Notes: a model not told the origin generated them from the letters alone. Positions 37,535 to 49,963 are shown, counted from the first letter of the stretch. The stretch: DNA of 64,000 bases from Gammaproteobacteria bacterium (GCA_965222615.1 CBDCUI010000009.1:640001-704000), one strand, 5' to 3'. Made by a program: numbers and translations.

Positions 37535-38884
37535 TTAAAGATCAAAATCATCATCATTATTATCGGCGGTGCAAGGACGTGCTTCGATCTTGTTATCGGT
37601 AGCATATTGCTCTGCACCCGCATCAATGATGGCTTGTGACAAGGGGACATCGCCCTCAATCCAATCCGATACGATGTTCCACTGACGTGCGCCGGCATCC
37701 CATTGCTGGAATTTCGCCAAGTGCCCGCCTACATGGTCCAAACAGGTTAGGTTGAGTTCTGGAACTAAGCCTGTGGCCCCCAGCTCTTCGATGCGCTTGG
37801 CATCTAAGCGTAGGTTCTCAAAGCCCCACCGAGCTTCGGCACTGGTCAAGGGTCGATTGCCAAAGCGCGCTTGCGCTATGCGCAACGCTTCGGTATGCAC
37901 CACGCCAGCCAGTACGCCAAGGTTCCAATACACGGAGCCTAAGCGCGACTTGTCTTGTAAGTCGCCATTGCCTGAGCCGTATACCGTCTTGATGATTTCT
38001 TGTACTACGGCGAAGTCGGTGCCCGCGGGATGCGTGGTGATCGCTTGATAGCCATCCGCAGCTTTTCCGGCGGGGATCACGTCTTCATCGGAGTTACTCC
38101 AGATGTTGCCGATCAAGCGGCTTACTGGATAGCCTGTACGTACCGCTGTCTGCATCGCTACGGGATTCATCACCCCCCAGCCTCGAAGCAGTACATAGTC
38201 TGGCTTGAGCTTGCGGATGTTTAACCACTGCGATTGTTGCTCGTTGCCGGGATGCGGCACTTCTAAAGGATGATGGGTACAGCCGTGCTTCTCGCACATG
38301 CTGTCCATGAAGTCGATCGCTTCGCGGCCATACGGTGAGCCGTGATACAGCATGGCGATCTTCTTACCCTTTAAGTTTGCGCGTCCGCCTTCTAACACAT
38401 CGCCTATGAAGTGCACCATGATGGAGTGCTCGTCATAGGTGTTGATGCCTGGCATAAAGTAGTATGGAAAGATGTCGCCGCGTTGGCCGGCCGTCTTGCC
38501 GTGGTTGACTGCAATAATCGGCATTTTGTCTTTGCGGCCCGTCTCGATCAGGGCTGTGGAGATTCCCACGGAGAGCGGATCGAAAAATACCGCGCCGCCT
38601 TCGCGATCTTTCAAGCGCTTGTAGCATTCTACGCCGCGCTCTACCGAATACTCGGTCTCACACTCTGACCAGATCAGCTTGATGCCGTTGACGCCACCAT
38701 CGCGACTGTTGAGTAGATTGTAGTAGTCCAAGATGCCACCAAAATAACCCGTGCCGCCAGCCGCATAGGGCCCTACGCGATAACTCGGAATCGGGACGTA
38801 CATGGTGTCTTCCGCCATCACGCTCGTGCTGGTGCCGAGCATCGCGATCGCGGTCATCAGGACCATCATTAGTTTCTTCTTCAT
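37535..38884 (-). CDS. Liv-type (type 1) periplasmic substrate-binding protein
   Basis: Signal peptide, YRVGPYA, GGVNG..L...ECETEY...GVECY and WGVMN. Confidence 0.88.
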   Translation of the reverse strand: MKKKLMMVLMTAIAMLGTSTSVMAEDTMYVPIPSYRVGPYAAGGTGYFGGILDYYNLLNSRDGGVNGIKLIWSECETEYSVERGVECYKRLKDREGGAVFFDPLSVGISTALIETGRKDKMPIIAVNHGKTAGQRGDIFPYYFMPGINTYDEHSIMVHFIGDVLEGGRANLKGKKIAMLYHGSPYGREAIDFMDSMCEKHGCTHHPLEVPHPGNEQQSQWLNIRKLKPDYVLLRGWGVMNPVAMQTAVRTGYPVSRLIGNIWSNSDEDVIPAGKAADGYQAITTHPAGTDFAVVQEIIKTVYGSGNGDLQDKSRLGSVYWNLGVLAGVVHTEALRIAQARFGNRPLTSAEARWGFENLRLDAKRIEELGATGLVPELNLTCLDHVGGHLAKFQQWDAGARQWNIVSDWIEGDVPLSQAIIDAGAEQYATDNKIEARPCTADNNDDDFDL

Positions 38885-39138
38885 GTGTGCTCCTCCAAAG
38901 AGAGTTTTTATTTTAAAGCTCTGAATAAAGCCGCCTTGGCTTTTTCAGTGGTGAAAAAAGAAAATTGTATTTTCTTTCTCTTAATAAATCATAAACGTAT
39001 TAACAATTATGATTTGGTGTCACCTCCTTATAACACAGATATCCCTTCATAAATTAGAAATATCTTTTAAAATAGCTTGCGTTAGCTACTTATTTTTTTT
39101 TATACCTACAAAACATTAATTAATGAGACGCAAAATTT

Positions 39139-40251
39139 TTATGTCGTAAACGGCCAAATTCGCAATCTATGCTTAATAGAATTCCATAACCCAGCAAATC
39201 CTTGTGGCTGGTATATAAGTAGTAAAACTATAATAGTACCAACAATAATCTTGGAGTTATTTTCAACAAAGGCCGTATCTAGTGTGCCACCACCAAATAC
39301 TGCATCACCAAATCTAGTTATCAAAATAGGCCAACCATATACAAAGATTGCACCTAAGAATGAACCTAATATGGAACCTAAGCCGCCCAAAATAACCATA
39401 AACATGACCAAGAATGATCTACGCAAGTTATAGATCATGAAATCGAGATTACCGATGTAGCAGTATGAATACATCGCGCCAGCAACACCACAATAGAAAC
39501 AGCTTACAAAGAATGCATTTAATTTGGTTTTACCAACTGGTATCCCAATCACATTTGCTGCGATATCCATATCCCGTACAGCCATCCAATTTCTTCCAGT
39601 AGAGCTGCGCACCATATTTTTTGCAGCAACAGCCAACAGTACCGTTACGATTAAGGTAATCAAATAACGCCAAACATAGGCATTGTAGTCTTTTTCAAGC
39701 CCGAAAAAGTCGAATATTTGATCTTGGAAAGGTAAAAAACGATAGTGGAAAGGAGGTAGCGCGACCACGCCTGAACTTGTGTAATTTAAAAACCAGGGAT
39801 AGGCATTAAAAAACCACTCTGCAAAAAATTGTGCGCACAAGGTCGATACCAGTAAATAGAAACCTTTGATACGCAAACTTGGTAAACCAAATATAATTCC
39901 TACTAGTCCAGCCACAATGCCGGCACATATGAAAGCCAGCCAGATATTCATCCATTCAACTCGGAACATCAAATTGAATGCAGTAAATGCGCCAAAGCAC
40001 ATAAAACCAGCCGTACCAAGCGAAAGTTGCCCAGTATAGCCCGTGGCAATATTTAAGCCGAGACTAGCAATGCCCAACACCATCATCGGAATCAAAATTG
40101 CACTAAACCAATAATCACTCGCCCAAAATGGAACTACAAAAAACATAAAGGCCAAGAACGCCCACATAATCCAACGATCTTCGCGCACTGGTACCATGCG
40201 ACGATCTTGTGAATATGACTCTACTGCTTGTCCAGTTTCACGGTAGTACAT
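39139..40251 (-). CDS. LivM-like ABC permease
   Basis: GLNIATGYTGQLSLG, GLPSLRIKGFYL and GRNWMAVRD. Confidence 0.9.
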   Translation of the reverse strand: MYYRETGQAVESYSQDRRMVPVREDRWIMWAFLAFMFFVVPFWASDYWFSAILIPMMVLGIASLGLNIATGYTGQLSLGTAGFMCFGAFTAFNLMFRVEWMNIWLAFICAGIVAGLVGIIFGLPSLRIKGFYLLVSTLCAQFFAEWFFNAYPWFLNYTSSGVVALPPFHYRFLPFQDQIFDFFGLEKDYNAYVWRYLITLIVTVLLAVAAKNMVRSSTGRNWMAVRDMDIAANVIGIPVGKTKLNAFFVSCFYCGVAGAMYSYCYIGNLDFMIYNLRRSFLVMFMVILGGLGSILGSFLGAIFVYGWPILITRFGDAVFGGGTLDTAFVENNSKIIVGTIIVLLLIYQPQGFAGLWNSIKHRLRIWPFTT

Positions 40252-40282
40252 TAGTTATCTTCTCTAATTAATTATTTTTTAA

Positions 40283-41230
40283 TTAAATTCTTTCAATTTC
40301 ACGTTCACCAAAAATTCCCGTGGGACGAATTAATATAAATACTAGTGCCGTTAAGTAAGCCCACCAGTGCTCAATACCTTGACCACCAAATACATCAGCA
40401 AAAAATATTTCACCCAACTTTTCACTCGCACCAATAATTAATCCACCGATAATGCATCCAGGAATTGAGGTCAAACCACCAATCAGTATCACCGGCAAGC
40501 CTTTTAACACTGCCCATGTCAGTGTAAATGACACACTTAGGCGATCCGCCCAAATCAGGCCTACGAGAAAAGTAATTACACCGGTTACCGCCCATACGAT
40601 GGCCCAAATTTTGGATAGTGGAATTCCCACGGCCTGAGATGCCATATGGTCATCCGACACCGCACGTAAAGATAGGCCCGTACGCGTATATTGGAAGAAT
40701 AAATACAGACCAATAACTAAGAACAATGCTACTGCCGCAGCAAACCCGTCAAATTTACTTACTAAGATATCTAACCAAGGAATGTATTCCGCAACTAAAA
40801 TTGGATCAGAAGGAATTCCTAAATCAAGTCCATGCACGGCAGAGTCCCAGGTCCCTTGCGCCAGACCTTCTAAAAAGTAATTCAAACCCACTGTCGCCAT
40901 AAACAACGACAGTAAATCTTGGTTTGCCAATGGCCGCATTACGGTGCGTTCAATAATGATTCCCATAATGATCATAACCACCGTCGTAATTGCAAAAGCC
41001 ACCCAGAAATTCACTTGTCGTTCAGTCATGCTCACAAAAGTTAGCGCAGCAAACAACAACATGGTGCCCTGTGCAAAATTAAATACGCCGGAGGATTTGT
41101 AAATGAGTACAAAACCAATTGCGACAAGAGAATACATCACGCCAGACAACATGCCGCCGATAAGCACTTCTAGCCCAAAGAAAGAGAACATTTCAGTAAA
41201 TGCGTTAGCTAGTTTTGTAAAAAATTCCAC
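40283..41230 (-). CDS. LivH-like ABC permease
   Basis: YSLVAIGFVLIYKSSGVFNFAQG and RPTGIFG. Confidence 0.9.
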   Translation of the reverse strand: MEFFTKLANAFTEMFSFFGLEVLIGGMLSGVMYSLVAIGFVLIYKSSGVFNFAQGTMLLFAALTFVSMTERQVNFWVAFAITTVVMIIMGIIIERTVMRPLANQDLLSLFMATVGLNYFLEGLAQGTWDSAVHGLDLGIPSDPILVAEYIPWLDILVSKFDGFAAAVALFLVIGLYLFFQYTRTGLSLRAVSDDHMASQAVGIPLSKIWAIVWAVTGVITFLVGLIWADRLSVSFTLTWAVLKGLPVILIGGLTSIPGCIIGGLIIGASEKLGEIFFADVFGGQGIEHWWAYLTALVFILIRPTGIFGEREIERI

Positions 41231-41260
41231 TTATAAAGGTCCTCGTCTTAAATGTAATTT

Positions 41261-42049
41261 TTAATGACTGACACCTAAATATGCATCAATCACTTTTTGA
41301 TTATTTTTAACCTCTTCCGGCGAGCCATCACCAATTTTCGCACCATAATCCATTACGACTACATGATCTGAAATATCCATTACTACACCCATATCATGCT
41401 CAATCAAAACAATTGTGGTTCCACGATTGTAGTTGATCTCTTGTATAAAGCATGCCATATCGAGCTTTTCATCCAAATTCATACCCGCAATCGGTTCATC
41501 GAGTAGTAACATTTTTGGGTTCGCAGCTAATGCACGACCAAGTTCTACCCGTTTTTGCATACCATAGGATAAAGCCGATACTGGGGTTTTACGTATTGAT
41601 TGAAGTCCCAGAAATTCAATAATTTCTTCAACAGCCACGCGATGTTCTAATTCTTCTTTTTTACTACGACCAATACCCAATGCATTTTCAATAAAAGTGG
41701 ACTTCATCATCAAATTGCGACCCGTCATGAGATTTTCAACAACGGTCATTCCTGAAAATAATGCAATGTTTTGGAAAGTACGGCCAATTCCCAATACCGC
41801 TGCAGAGTGCGGTTTCATTCTTGTAAACTTCTTCCCTTCAAATGTAATTGAACCTTGTTGAGGAATGTATACACCATTAATTACATTCAACATCGAGCTC
41901 TTACCAGCTCCATTCGGACCAATCACAGCACAAATTTCACCTTTGTAAACTGTAAAACTGATATCGGTAATTGCTTTGGTACCTCCAAATGCTAGATCGA
42001 TATTCTCGATCACCATATGAGGTTCTTTCCCATTTGCTACATCATTCAC
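41261..42049 (-). CDS. LivG-like ABC ATP-binding protein
   Basis: GPNGAGKS, GRTFQN, LSYGMQKRVEL, LLDEP and IEHDM. Confidence 0.92.
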   Translation of the reverse strand: MNDVANGKEPHMVIENIDLAFGGTKAITDISFTVYKGEICAVIGPNGAGKSSMLNVINGVYIPQQGSITFEGKKFTRMKPHSAAVLGIGRTFQNIALFSGMTVVENLMTGRNLMMKSTFIENALGIGRSKKEELEHRVAVEEIIEFLGLQSIRKTPVSALSYGMQKRVELGRALAANPKMLLLDEPIAGMNLDEKLDMACFIQEINYNRGTTIVLIEHDMGVVMDISDHVVVMDYGAKIGDGSPEEVKNNQKVIDAYLGVSH

Positions 42050-42063
42050 TTGCTAGTCACCAA

Positions 42064-43950
42064 CTATGCTGATTGTAATTTTAGTTCGGCTAGTGTTTCA
42101 CCACTAGAAGTATCTTTCACTTCAAAAATTGATTGAGAAGAGTACAAGGCATCTACCATCGCTTTATGGCGACCCATGACAACATCGCGTCTAATTTTAC
42201 GTGAACGTGTCATTTCGCCTGCATCAACGTTAAATTCACGATGCATAATTAAAAAACGCTTAATAGGTGGACTACCTTTACCCTCAATTTGCTCCATATG
42301 TGCATTTACATCGGCTACCGTTTTTTGCACAAGCTCATAAACTTCATCTTTAGTTGCCAAATCTCTATATCCTGTAAAGCGAACTCGATTTGCCTCAGCC
42401 CAACTTCCTACTGTATCACTGTCAATCACTACAAATGCAGCAATCGTATCTTTACCATCCCCCACTGCAACTGCTTCTTGTATATAGGGTGATGATTTTA
42501 AGGCACTCTCTACAAGGTGCGGAGCAAATAAATCCCCGGTACTGAACTTACCAACTGAATCTACACGATCAGTAATCTTGAGTGCGCCTTTTTCATCAAT
42601 TTCACCCATATCTCCGGTTTTAATCCAGCCATCTGCATCTACTACAGCTGCCGTAGCTTCTGGATCTCGGTAATATCCTTTAAACGCATTGATGCCTTTA
42701 AAAGCTATTTGATCATCTGCAAGTTTTTTAATCTCGATTCCGGGCGATGGCTTACCCATACTATATTCGCCCGTCGGGCTATTGAGTTGATCAGGGCCTT
42801 GTACGCAGATAAAACCTGCACTTTCCGTTGTGCCATAGGTCTTTTTGAGATTCAGGCCTATGCCACGAAAAAAGTTAAACACTTCACCACTCATAATATC
42901 GCCACCCGTATAGGCTTTGCGTAAATTAGAAAGGCCATATACATTTTTTAGCGGGCCAAACATCAACATGTTTCCCATTTTATATTTAAAGCTATCACCA
43001 CCCGAGAAAGCACCACCATTAATAAACTTCTCTCGTGCCTGTTTTGCAAAGTTATTCCACTTATCAAATAATTTTGATTTTGAACGTTGCGCCCGTGCAA
43101 TGATCTCTGAATGTAGTCTCTTATAGAAATGCGGTGGAGCATAAAGAATTGAAGGTCCGATCTCACGTAAATCAGTCATGATAGTTTCATTGCTTTCAGG
43201 GCAACAAATTGTGAAACCTTTTATTAACCAAAGCGTGTAGGTAAATAATATATTGGCTGCATAGGACAACGGTAAAAATGCAAGCACTTGTTCATCTTGT
43301 TTAATGTGTTCTTGCTCAGCAAATACCTTACCAGTTTCGATTAGACTTTTATGTGTATGTACCGCACCACGAGATTTTCCAGAGGTTCCAGAGGTGTACA
43401 AGATAAACGCGTCTGAATCTGGAGTAACATTTGCGGTTACGTCTTTATAAAAATTGGGGTGATCAGAAGCGAATTTTTTACCAGCTTCTCTTATCTGTTC
43501 AAAACTATGTAAACGAGAAGAAGTATACTCTTGCATTCCACGGCCATTGCTATAGACCATTTGTTCAAAATTTTCGCACTGTTCTTTTATTTCGTAACAG
43601 GCATCCACTTGTTGCTGATCTTGAACAAGTGCAAATTTTGCTTCGCAATCATTCATGTGCGCGACAAGTTCTTCAGGTTTAGAATCGGGATGAATTGGAA
43701 CCGCTACAGCACCTAAACATTGGATAGCGACCATTCCAAAATAAAGATTTGGGATATTGTTACCGATGATTGCAACTTTTTCATTTGGTTTGACACCCTT
43801 AGCAGCCAAACCACAAGCTGTATCACGAACAATCTCGCCAGCCTCTTCCCAAGTCCAGCTTTGCCATAGTCCATGTCGTTTTTTGCGGATTGCTATATCT
43901 GATTTGCGAGAGTTAGCTTGCTGTGAGAAAAGGCTAGGAAAAGTATCCAT
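42064..43950 (-). CDS. Long-chain acyl-CoA synthetase (AMP-binding)
   Basis: YTSGTSGKSRG, YGTTES, W.KTGD.G and GEMTRSRKIRR. Confidence 0.88.
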   Translation of the reverse strand: MDTFPSLFSQQANSRKSDIAIRKKRHGLWQSWTWEEAGEIVRDTACGLAAKGVKPNEKVAIIGNNIPNLYFGMVAIQCLGAVAVPIHPDSKPEELVAHMNDCEAKFALVQDQQQVDACYEIKEQCENFEQMVYSNGRGMQEYTSSRLHSFEQIREAGKKFASDHPNFYKDVTANVTPDSDAFILYTSGTSGKSRGAVHTHKSLIETGKVFAEQEHIKQDEQVLAFLPLSYAANILFTYTLWLIKGFTICCPESNETIMTDLREIGPSILYAPPHFYKRLHSEIIARAQRSKSKLFDKWNNFAKQAREKFINGGAFSGGDSFKYKMGNMLMFGPLKNVYGLSNLRKAYTGGDIMSGEVFNFFRGIGLNLKKTYGTTESAGFICVQGPDQLNSPTGEYSMGKPSPGIEIKKLADDQIAFKGINAFKGYYRDPEATAAVVDADGWIKTGDMGEIDEKGALKITDRVDSVGKFSTGDLFAPHLVESALKSSPYIQEAVAVGDGKDTIAAFVVIDSDTVGSWAEANRVRFTGYRDLATKDEVYELVQKTVADVNAHMEQIEGKGSPPIKRFLIMHREFNVDAGEMTRSRKIRRDVVMGRHKAMVDALYSSQSIFEVKDTSSGETLAELKLQSA

Positions 43951-44473
43951 GTTAAAACTTCAAACCCCTATTCGCTCCATCTGTTTAACTTACTAAAATA
44001 GTAAGTACGTTAATTATTTTTTTAATGGCCAGCTATTATTATTGTGTCGCTAGTCTCTTCGAGGGCCTTGCACTAGATAATAGACATTTTTACGTGTATT
44101 TACATTATACAAAGTAAGTTTTATGCGTAACTTGTTATATTCTTTATCGCAACATTGCTGAATAGCCAATTACCATCCAGTGACTCCAGGCAAGAAGGCT
44201 AAACTACACCAGCAAACCAATACTTTGCAAGCATTTGTGTATGCGATTTGTTATACATACATAATACCGATTTATATGAAAATTATATGAAAAATTTGGC
44301 TCCTCACTACCAAGATACCAGGATAAATTGCCCTTCGCTTTGATATGACACAGGATAGTGTACTAATTTATCAGGACTGTGCGCTAAGCTTAGTTATTAT
44401 AAGTAAAAACTTTGTTTTTAATGCGCATAATTAAAAGAATTAGAATGAATCTAAACGATCAAAATTTATACAA

Positions 44474-47400
44474 TTACCTCTGTTTTTGCCGGAAATGCGA
44501 TAGGACTTTGATATTGGATCGGTCCGCTAAAATAAATTGTTGTTCAAAATCCACGCTCTTCATTGGCTGGCCTATATAAAAACCTTGAATATAGTCACAG
44601 CCTTCCGCAATCAGTAAATCCTGTTGTTTTTTTGATTCCACACCTTCTGCAAGTACTTTTAAATTTAGGCTTTTTGCCAATGCAATAATGCCTTTTACAA
44701 TTAGCCGGTCTTCTTTATTTTCAGCAATATCGCGTATAAACGCTGCATCAATTTTTAGTAAATCTATCGGAAATTTACGCAAGTAATTTAATGAAGAATA
44801 TCCTGTTCCAAAATCATCAATTGAAAGTTTTACGCCCATTGCCTTCAGTTGATGCAAAATAGAAATCACTTCCTCTGGGCGTTTCATAATGATGCTTTCC
44901 GTTATTTCTAGCTCTAGGCACTCAGGATTGAGCCCAGAATGTGCAAGCACATGGGCAATTTGTGATGCAATGTCACTATTTTCTAGTTGCCTACCAGAAA
45001 GATTTACCGAAACAGGAATTGGCTGATAGCCTTTTTCAATCCATGTTTGCACCTGTACACAAGCACTGATCAAAACCCATAAACCAAGCTCTGAAATAAG
45101 ACCGGTTTCTTCTGCTAGTGGTATAAAATCTGCTGGGCTTATTAAACCTTTTTGAGGGTGATTCCACCGCACCAATGCCTCCATACCGTTTATTTTCATG
45201 GTTTGTAAATCGTATTTTGGTTGGTAATAAACGTCTAATTCATCCCGTTCAATCGAATGACGCAGATCTTGTTCAATTTCTACTTTGTTGGTGACTACAA
45301 CTTCCATCTCTTTCTCATAAAACTGGTAACTGCCACCACGTTCTTTTGCTTTAAACATTGCAGTATCAGCGCGCTTCATTAACACGCCAATATCGTCTCC
45401 ATCCTGTGGATGTAATGAGATCCCAATACTTGCTGTTACATATATATCTTTGCCTGCAAATGAGTAAGGCTCACCTAACTTTTGACATATTTTATCGGCA
45501 ATACTTGCAACAACATTTCGATCCTCAATACCATCTAATACCAAAGTAAATTCATCACCGCCCAAACGCGCAACAGTATCTGCACTACGCACACAACTTA
45601 ATATTCGTTCTGCAACTGATTTTAATAACATATCACCTACATTATGGCCCAATGTATCATTGACATACTTAAACCGATCCAAATCTAGAAACATCACAGC
45701 TAAAATTTCTGAGCTGCGTCGCACTTTCTTCAATAGTTTTTGCATTTGATTGATAAACATTGTGCGATTAGGCAATCCTGTTAACGAATCGTTATAAGCA
45801 AGTTCACGAACGTGAACTTCGGCACGACTAGCTTTCAACAAACGCGAGATGCGTTGACGCATTACGGCAAAGTGAATTGGCTTAGGAATGTAATCTGTAG
45901 CACCTGAATTAAAGGCTTGTTCAATAGATTTTTCATCATCCAATGCAGTAACAATCAGTATTGGCACGTGGCTGCTGCCTCTTAACATGCGAATTTTTTT
46001 ACACGCCTCAAAACCGTTTAGATTTGGCATAAGTGCGTCAAGAATGATGAGGTCAGGCATATTTTTCTCGCAACGCGACACCGCATCTATCCCATCTGAG
46101 ACCGCTTCTATTTCATAGCCATCTTTTACAAGTACGTTTTGCAAAGCTACTCTCATACTTCTGTCATCATCTGCAATTAAAATTCGTTCGGCATCACGAT
46201 GTTGGAGCAAGGTATCGTCTTTAAATAAATTAAGCTCTTTCTTGAGTTCACTATTTACAAGGTCTGCCTCTGTAAATAAGTATTGAACGAGCTCACGCGC
46301 ATTATTATCTATTGAATTATTGCGACCTATATCTTCAAGTTGTTTAGCAATATATGCCAAACGATTTGCACCAAAATTAGAGCTACTACCCTTGATAGTA
46401 TGTGCATAGTGCGTAAGTGTATTTGCATCTTTTTCCATGACGCTCTTTTCAAGTGAACGTAGTAATATAGCCATATCCTCTACATACACTTCCACCATGT
46501 CATTAAATGCATCACCCAAATCTTCTCTCAGCTCAGCAATTACTGCATGATCGATCGCACTGTTATCTTTGTTACCTTCTTCAAGCCTATCTACCAATGT
46601 CTTTTCTATTTCTTCCTCAATGGCTTCATCAGATGGAGCTCCTAACCATCGCTCTAATTTTGCAACCAAGGTTTCCATCTTTAATGGTTTTGAGGCGTAA
46701 TCGCTCATTCCAGCTTGAATACACTTTTCACGCTCTCCCTCTAAGACATTTGCTGTCATTGCAATAATAGGGATTTGTGCAACTTCAGAATCGAACTTGC
46801 GTATTTTTTGCGCGGCTTCATATCCATCCATGCCAGGCATATTGCAGTCCATTAAAACTGCATCATAATGAGTGGTTTCAAGAAGATCCAACGCTTCAAA
46901 TCCATTTGCAGCGATAGAAGATTTACATCCGATACGTTCAAGCATTGCTTGCGCGACTTGCTGATTTGCGCGGTTATCTTCTACTACTAAAATAGTTGCA
47001 TTGAAATTTGGTTTTTTCTTAGCCAGTGTAGCTATACTTGTTCCTTTCCCAACACTTTCAATAACAGGAGAATGAAGCAGTTCTGCAATGCAATCGAATA
47101 CACGTGATTGACGTACTGGCTTTTTAATATATGTGTCAATTTCTCTAAAACGCTCAACAAATGCCTCTGGATTAGTTTGATTAGTCATCAGCACCAGTTT
47201 CATTGGTGCAATGTGTTCGTCTTTAGTGATTTTTCGAATTAATTCGATACCATTTACTTGTGGCATTAATTCATCGATGAATGCCACATCAAATGACTGA
47301 TTAGTCCTCGTGGCTTTGCGTAAAACTTCAACCGTATCAGAAGCGTCAGGTATACAAGTAACAAAAGCGCCCCAATTTTCAAAGGTTTGTTGTAAATTCG

Positions 47401-48991
47401 CTTTAATAATTTCACTATCATCTGCAACAAATATTCGCAAACCTTCCGCAGTAGATTGCTTGGTATCAATTTGACGTACATCGGATAAGCTATCTTTAAA
47501 CGGTATTTCAAACCAGAATATACTGCCCTCACCTAGATGACTTTCTACACCAATTCTACCGTTCATAACTTCAACAAGCTGTCGACAAATCGCAAGACCT
47601 AAGCCAGTTCCACCAAACTTTTTAGTGGTAGAAGCATCGGCTTGTTGAAAAGCTTCAAAAACTTTTGCCTGAGCCTCTTCAGATATGCCTACACCTGTAT
47701 CCGAGACTTCAAACCTCAATCTTAGGATTTTGCCACCATTGGTAACATTTTTTACGCGAAACCCTATCTCGCCTTTATCCGTAAACTTAATGGCATTACC
47801 AGCTAGATTAATAAGTAACTGACGAATTCGACTCGAATCACTATTTACATTTGCAGGCACATCTTTATCTACAACATAGGCAAGATCTAAGTCTTTTGAC
47901 TGTGCTTGACCCGTTAAAATTCCGACAATGTCATCTAAGGTCTCACGAATGTTCAATGGCTCCAGCTCAACATGAGCTTTACCGGAATCGATTTTTGAAA
48001 AATTTAGAATGTCATCAATTAATCTTAATAGTGCATCGCCCGAATCATGTGCCACAGAAACATATTCTTTTTGCTTAGGACTAAGCTCAGTTTCTCTAAG
48101 AATTTCGAGCATTCCTAAGATGCCATTTAACGGTGTACGTAATTCATGACTGACATTTGCCGCAAATTCACCTTTTGCATGCGCATATTCCAAAGCAGCA
48201 CTTCGTGCAGATTCTAATTTATCTTCACGGTCCGCTATGGCGAACATCATAGTGTTAAATGCGCTTTGCATCGCTGTAATATCTTTTGTACCCCAAATTT
48301 TTGAGCGCACATTTAAATCACCTTCTTCTGCAACACGCATTAAGCGCGCAAGATTATTTAAAGGCTTTGTTACTCGATCAGTTATGGCTAATAACAGAAA
48401 TACAAGAATTCCAGACAACAATAGGGATACAAATAAATTAACTTGAAATATGCTTTTCTCAAGCGCATGCAAGGTATCCTTACTGACATGTATTCGTACA
48501 TAACCGAGTAATTCTCTGTCAATAACTTCTTCAATAAATGGTGACTCAGCAATTATGGGATCGTCACCTCTTGCATAGACGGGCGATACAAAATACCAAG
48601 CATTATCTGTTTCTTTTATAAGTTCAGCTTCAAGTGGCCAAACATTTGCATCGTCAGGTATGGTATTCACACCATCTTCTACCAAAGGTTTCTTTTCAAG
48701 ATCATAAACTCCTACGCCATGTACATCAGGGAAATTCTTAATTGCCTGGGCATTTTCTCTAGCACTTTCTTTACTAAGATATAACAAGGCAAGTGTATTC
48801 CGATCTGCAAAATCTCTGGTTATTTGGAATCCTTCTGAAACCAAATTTTGCTCTACTTCCCTTGCTGAAAAAGTTGAGATTAGATATGTAGATATTGCAG
48901 CACTCGCAATAATACCTATCACAAAGGTGGCGATTAGCTGTTCTTTAAAACCACTTGTAAACTTTTTCTTAATGTAATTATAAATTTTCAT
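44474..48991 (-). CDS. Membrane hybrid sensor: HAMP-HisKA-HATPase-REC-REC-Hpt-REC-GGDEF-EAL
   Basis: Two TMs, [17 protein letters not shown], three REC Asp motifs (FIDELMP, LMDCNMP, ILDALMP), [21 protein letters not shown] and DDFGTGYSS. Confidence 0.93.
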   Translation of the reverse strand: MKIYNYIKKKFTSGFKEQLIATFVIGIIASAAISTYLISTFSAREVEQNLVSEGFQITRDFADRNTLALLYLSKESARENAQAIKNFPDVHGVGVYDLEKKPLVEDGVNTIPDDANVWPLEAELIKETDNAWYFVSPVYARGDDPIIAESPFIEEVIDRELLGYVRIHVSKDTLHALEKSIFQVNLFVSLLLSGILVFLLLAITDRVTKPLNNLARLMRVAEEGDLNVRSKIWGTKDITAMQSAFNTMMFAIADREDKLESARSAALEYAHAKGEFAANVSHELRTPLNGILGMLEILRETELSPKQKEYVSVAHDSGDALLRLIDDILNFSKIDSGKAHVELEPLNIRETLDDIVGILTGQAQSKDLDLAYVVDKDVPANVNSDSSRIRQLLINLAGNAIKFTDKGEIGFRVKNVTNGGKILRLRFEVSDTGVGISEEAQAKVFEAFQQADASTTKKFGGTGLGLAICRQLVEVMNGRIGVESHLGEGSIFWFEIPFKDSLSDVRQIDTKQSTAEGLRIFVADDSEIIKANLQQTFENWGAFVTCIPDASDTVEVLRKATRTNQSFDVAFIDELMPQVNGIELIRKITKDEHIAPMKLVLMTNQTNPEAFVERFREIDTYIKKPVRQSRVFDCIAELLHSPVIESVGKGTSIATLAKKKPNFNATILVVEDNRANQQVAQAMLERIGCKSSIAANGFEALDLLETTHYDAVLMDCNMPGMDGYEAAQKIRKFDSEVAQIPIIAMTANVLEGEREKCIQAGMSDYASKPLKMETLVAKLERWLGAPSDEAIEEEIEKTLVDRLEEGNKDNSAIDHAVIAELREDLGDAFNDMVEVYVEDMAILLRSLEKSVMEKDANTLTHYAHTIKGSSSNFGANRLAYIAKQLEDIGRNNSIDNNARELVQYLFTEADLVNSELKKELNLFKDDTLLQHRDAERILIADDDRSMRVALQNVLVKDGYEIEAVSDGIDAVSRCEKNMPDLIILDALMPNLNGFEACKKIRMLRGSSHVPILIVTALDDEKSIEQAFNSGATDYIPKPIHFAVMRQRISRLLKASRAEVHVRELAYNDSLTGLPNRTMFINQMQKLLKKVRRSSEILAVMFLDLDRFKYVNDTLGHNVGDMLLKSVAERILSCVRSADTVARLGGDEFTLVLDGIEDRNVVASIADKICQKLGEPYSFAGKDIYVTASIGISLHPQDGDDIGVLMKRADTAMFKAKERGGSYQFYEKEMEVVVTNKVEIEQDLRHSIERDELDVYYQPKYDLQTMKINGMEALVRWNHPQKGLISPADFIPLAEETGLISELGLWVLISACVQVQTWIEKGYQPIPVSVNLSGRQLENSDIASQIAHVLAHSGLNPECLELEITESIIMKRPEEVISILHQLKAMGVKLSIDDFGTGYSSLNYLRKFPIDLLKIDAAFIRDIAENKEDRLIVKGIIALAKSLNLKVLAEGVESKKQQDLLIAEGCDYIQGFYIGQPMKSVDFEQQFILADRSNIKVLSHFRQKQR

Positions 48992-48997
48992 AACAAC

Positions 48998-49963
48998 TTA
49001 TTCAGATGGAAATACTGCATCAAAACTTCTAAGTTCTGCGTTAGAGATATTTATCCCCAAGTGCTCTGCAGTTCTTCTATTAAATGCAGTTTGCAAATCC
49101 GTAACCGGTAAAATTTCTTTTTCTCTCACAGAATTTCCATTCAATTCTTCAATTGCCGCCCTACCTAAACTTTGTCCTAACTTAATATTGTCTGGATACA
49201 TGGCGAACAAAACACCTTTATTCACATGGGCAAGGCTACTTGAGAAAACTACGATATCCCGTTTCCACGCTTGATCTAGAATCAGAGACAATAGTGCACG
49301 GTTATCTACTGCAGATGGATCGGGTAGCAGCCAAATGGCTGCATTTTTCATATTAGGACGCTTAAATATTTTGCGATAAAGCTTGGCAGACTCTGAAAGG
49401 CTCTTGGTTGGATATGTAGTTAGCTGTATATCATATTTTGTCGCAGCTGATTGTGCTCTTTTAATCAGCCACTCAGTTTTATTTGGATTATATACAGCAA
49501 CTACCTCCTTGGTTTGAGAGCTTAGTTTTTTTAACTTTTCAAATAATTTATCTGGTGACGGCGCTAACGATATTCCCGTGCGCGCACTTGTGTTCGGTTT
49601 CGGAGTAATTACACCACCCAAAACTACAGGTATATTGCCCTCTAAAGTAGATGTAGCATTTTCACTGCGCACACCAAGCGCAATACATACTTTAATATCA
49701 TTCTTGCTTAGCCATTGATTGAGTTCTTTTGATGAATAATCTTTTTTCAAAACGTAACGCATCGTGCGCCCATTCACTTCTTTTTCAACACCATCTGCCA
49801 TATCGGTGAAAATTTTATTAAACGGTGCGCGCAATTCGGGATATATCACTGCAACAGAAATTGTCGAAGCTTGTGCTGCCAATACTGTGACAATAGATAT
49901 AGAGAGAAAGAATGCAATTGCTATGCATTTTTTTTTCGCTATTTGATATATCTTATTCGCCAT
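48998..49963 (-). CDS. Periplasmic substrate-binding-fold protein (ABC_sub_bind-like), no cognate ABC genes
   Basis: Signal peptide; AIWLLPD, VFSS...V.KGVLFA and N...AEHLGI motifs; 6 bp upstream of the sensor gene. Confidence 0.75.
   Translation of the reverse strand: MANKIYQIAKKKCIAIAFFLSISIVTVLAAQASTISVAVIYPELRAPFNKIFTDMADGVEKEVNGRTMRYVLKKDYSSKELNQWLSKNDIKVCIALGVRSENATSTLEGNIPVVLGGVITPKPNTSARTGISLAPSPDKLFEKLKKLSSQTKEVVAVYNPNKTEWLIKRAQSAATKYDIQLTTYPTKSLSESAKLYRKIFKRPNMKNAAIWLLPDPSAVDNRALLSLILDQAWKRDIVVFSSSLAHVNKGVLFAMYPDNIKLGQSLGRAAIEELNGNSVREKEILPVTDLQTAFNRRTAEHLGINISNAELRSFDAVFPSE

Noticed and set aside
39020-39032. Strong SD-like TAAGGAGGTGA between the livM-like and SBP genes
   Set aside because: No start codon at a suitable distance and no ORF follows.
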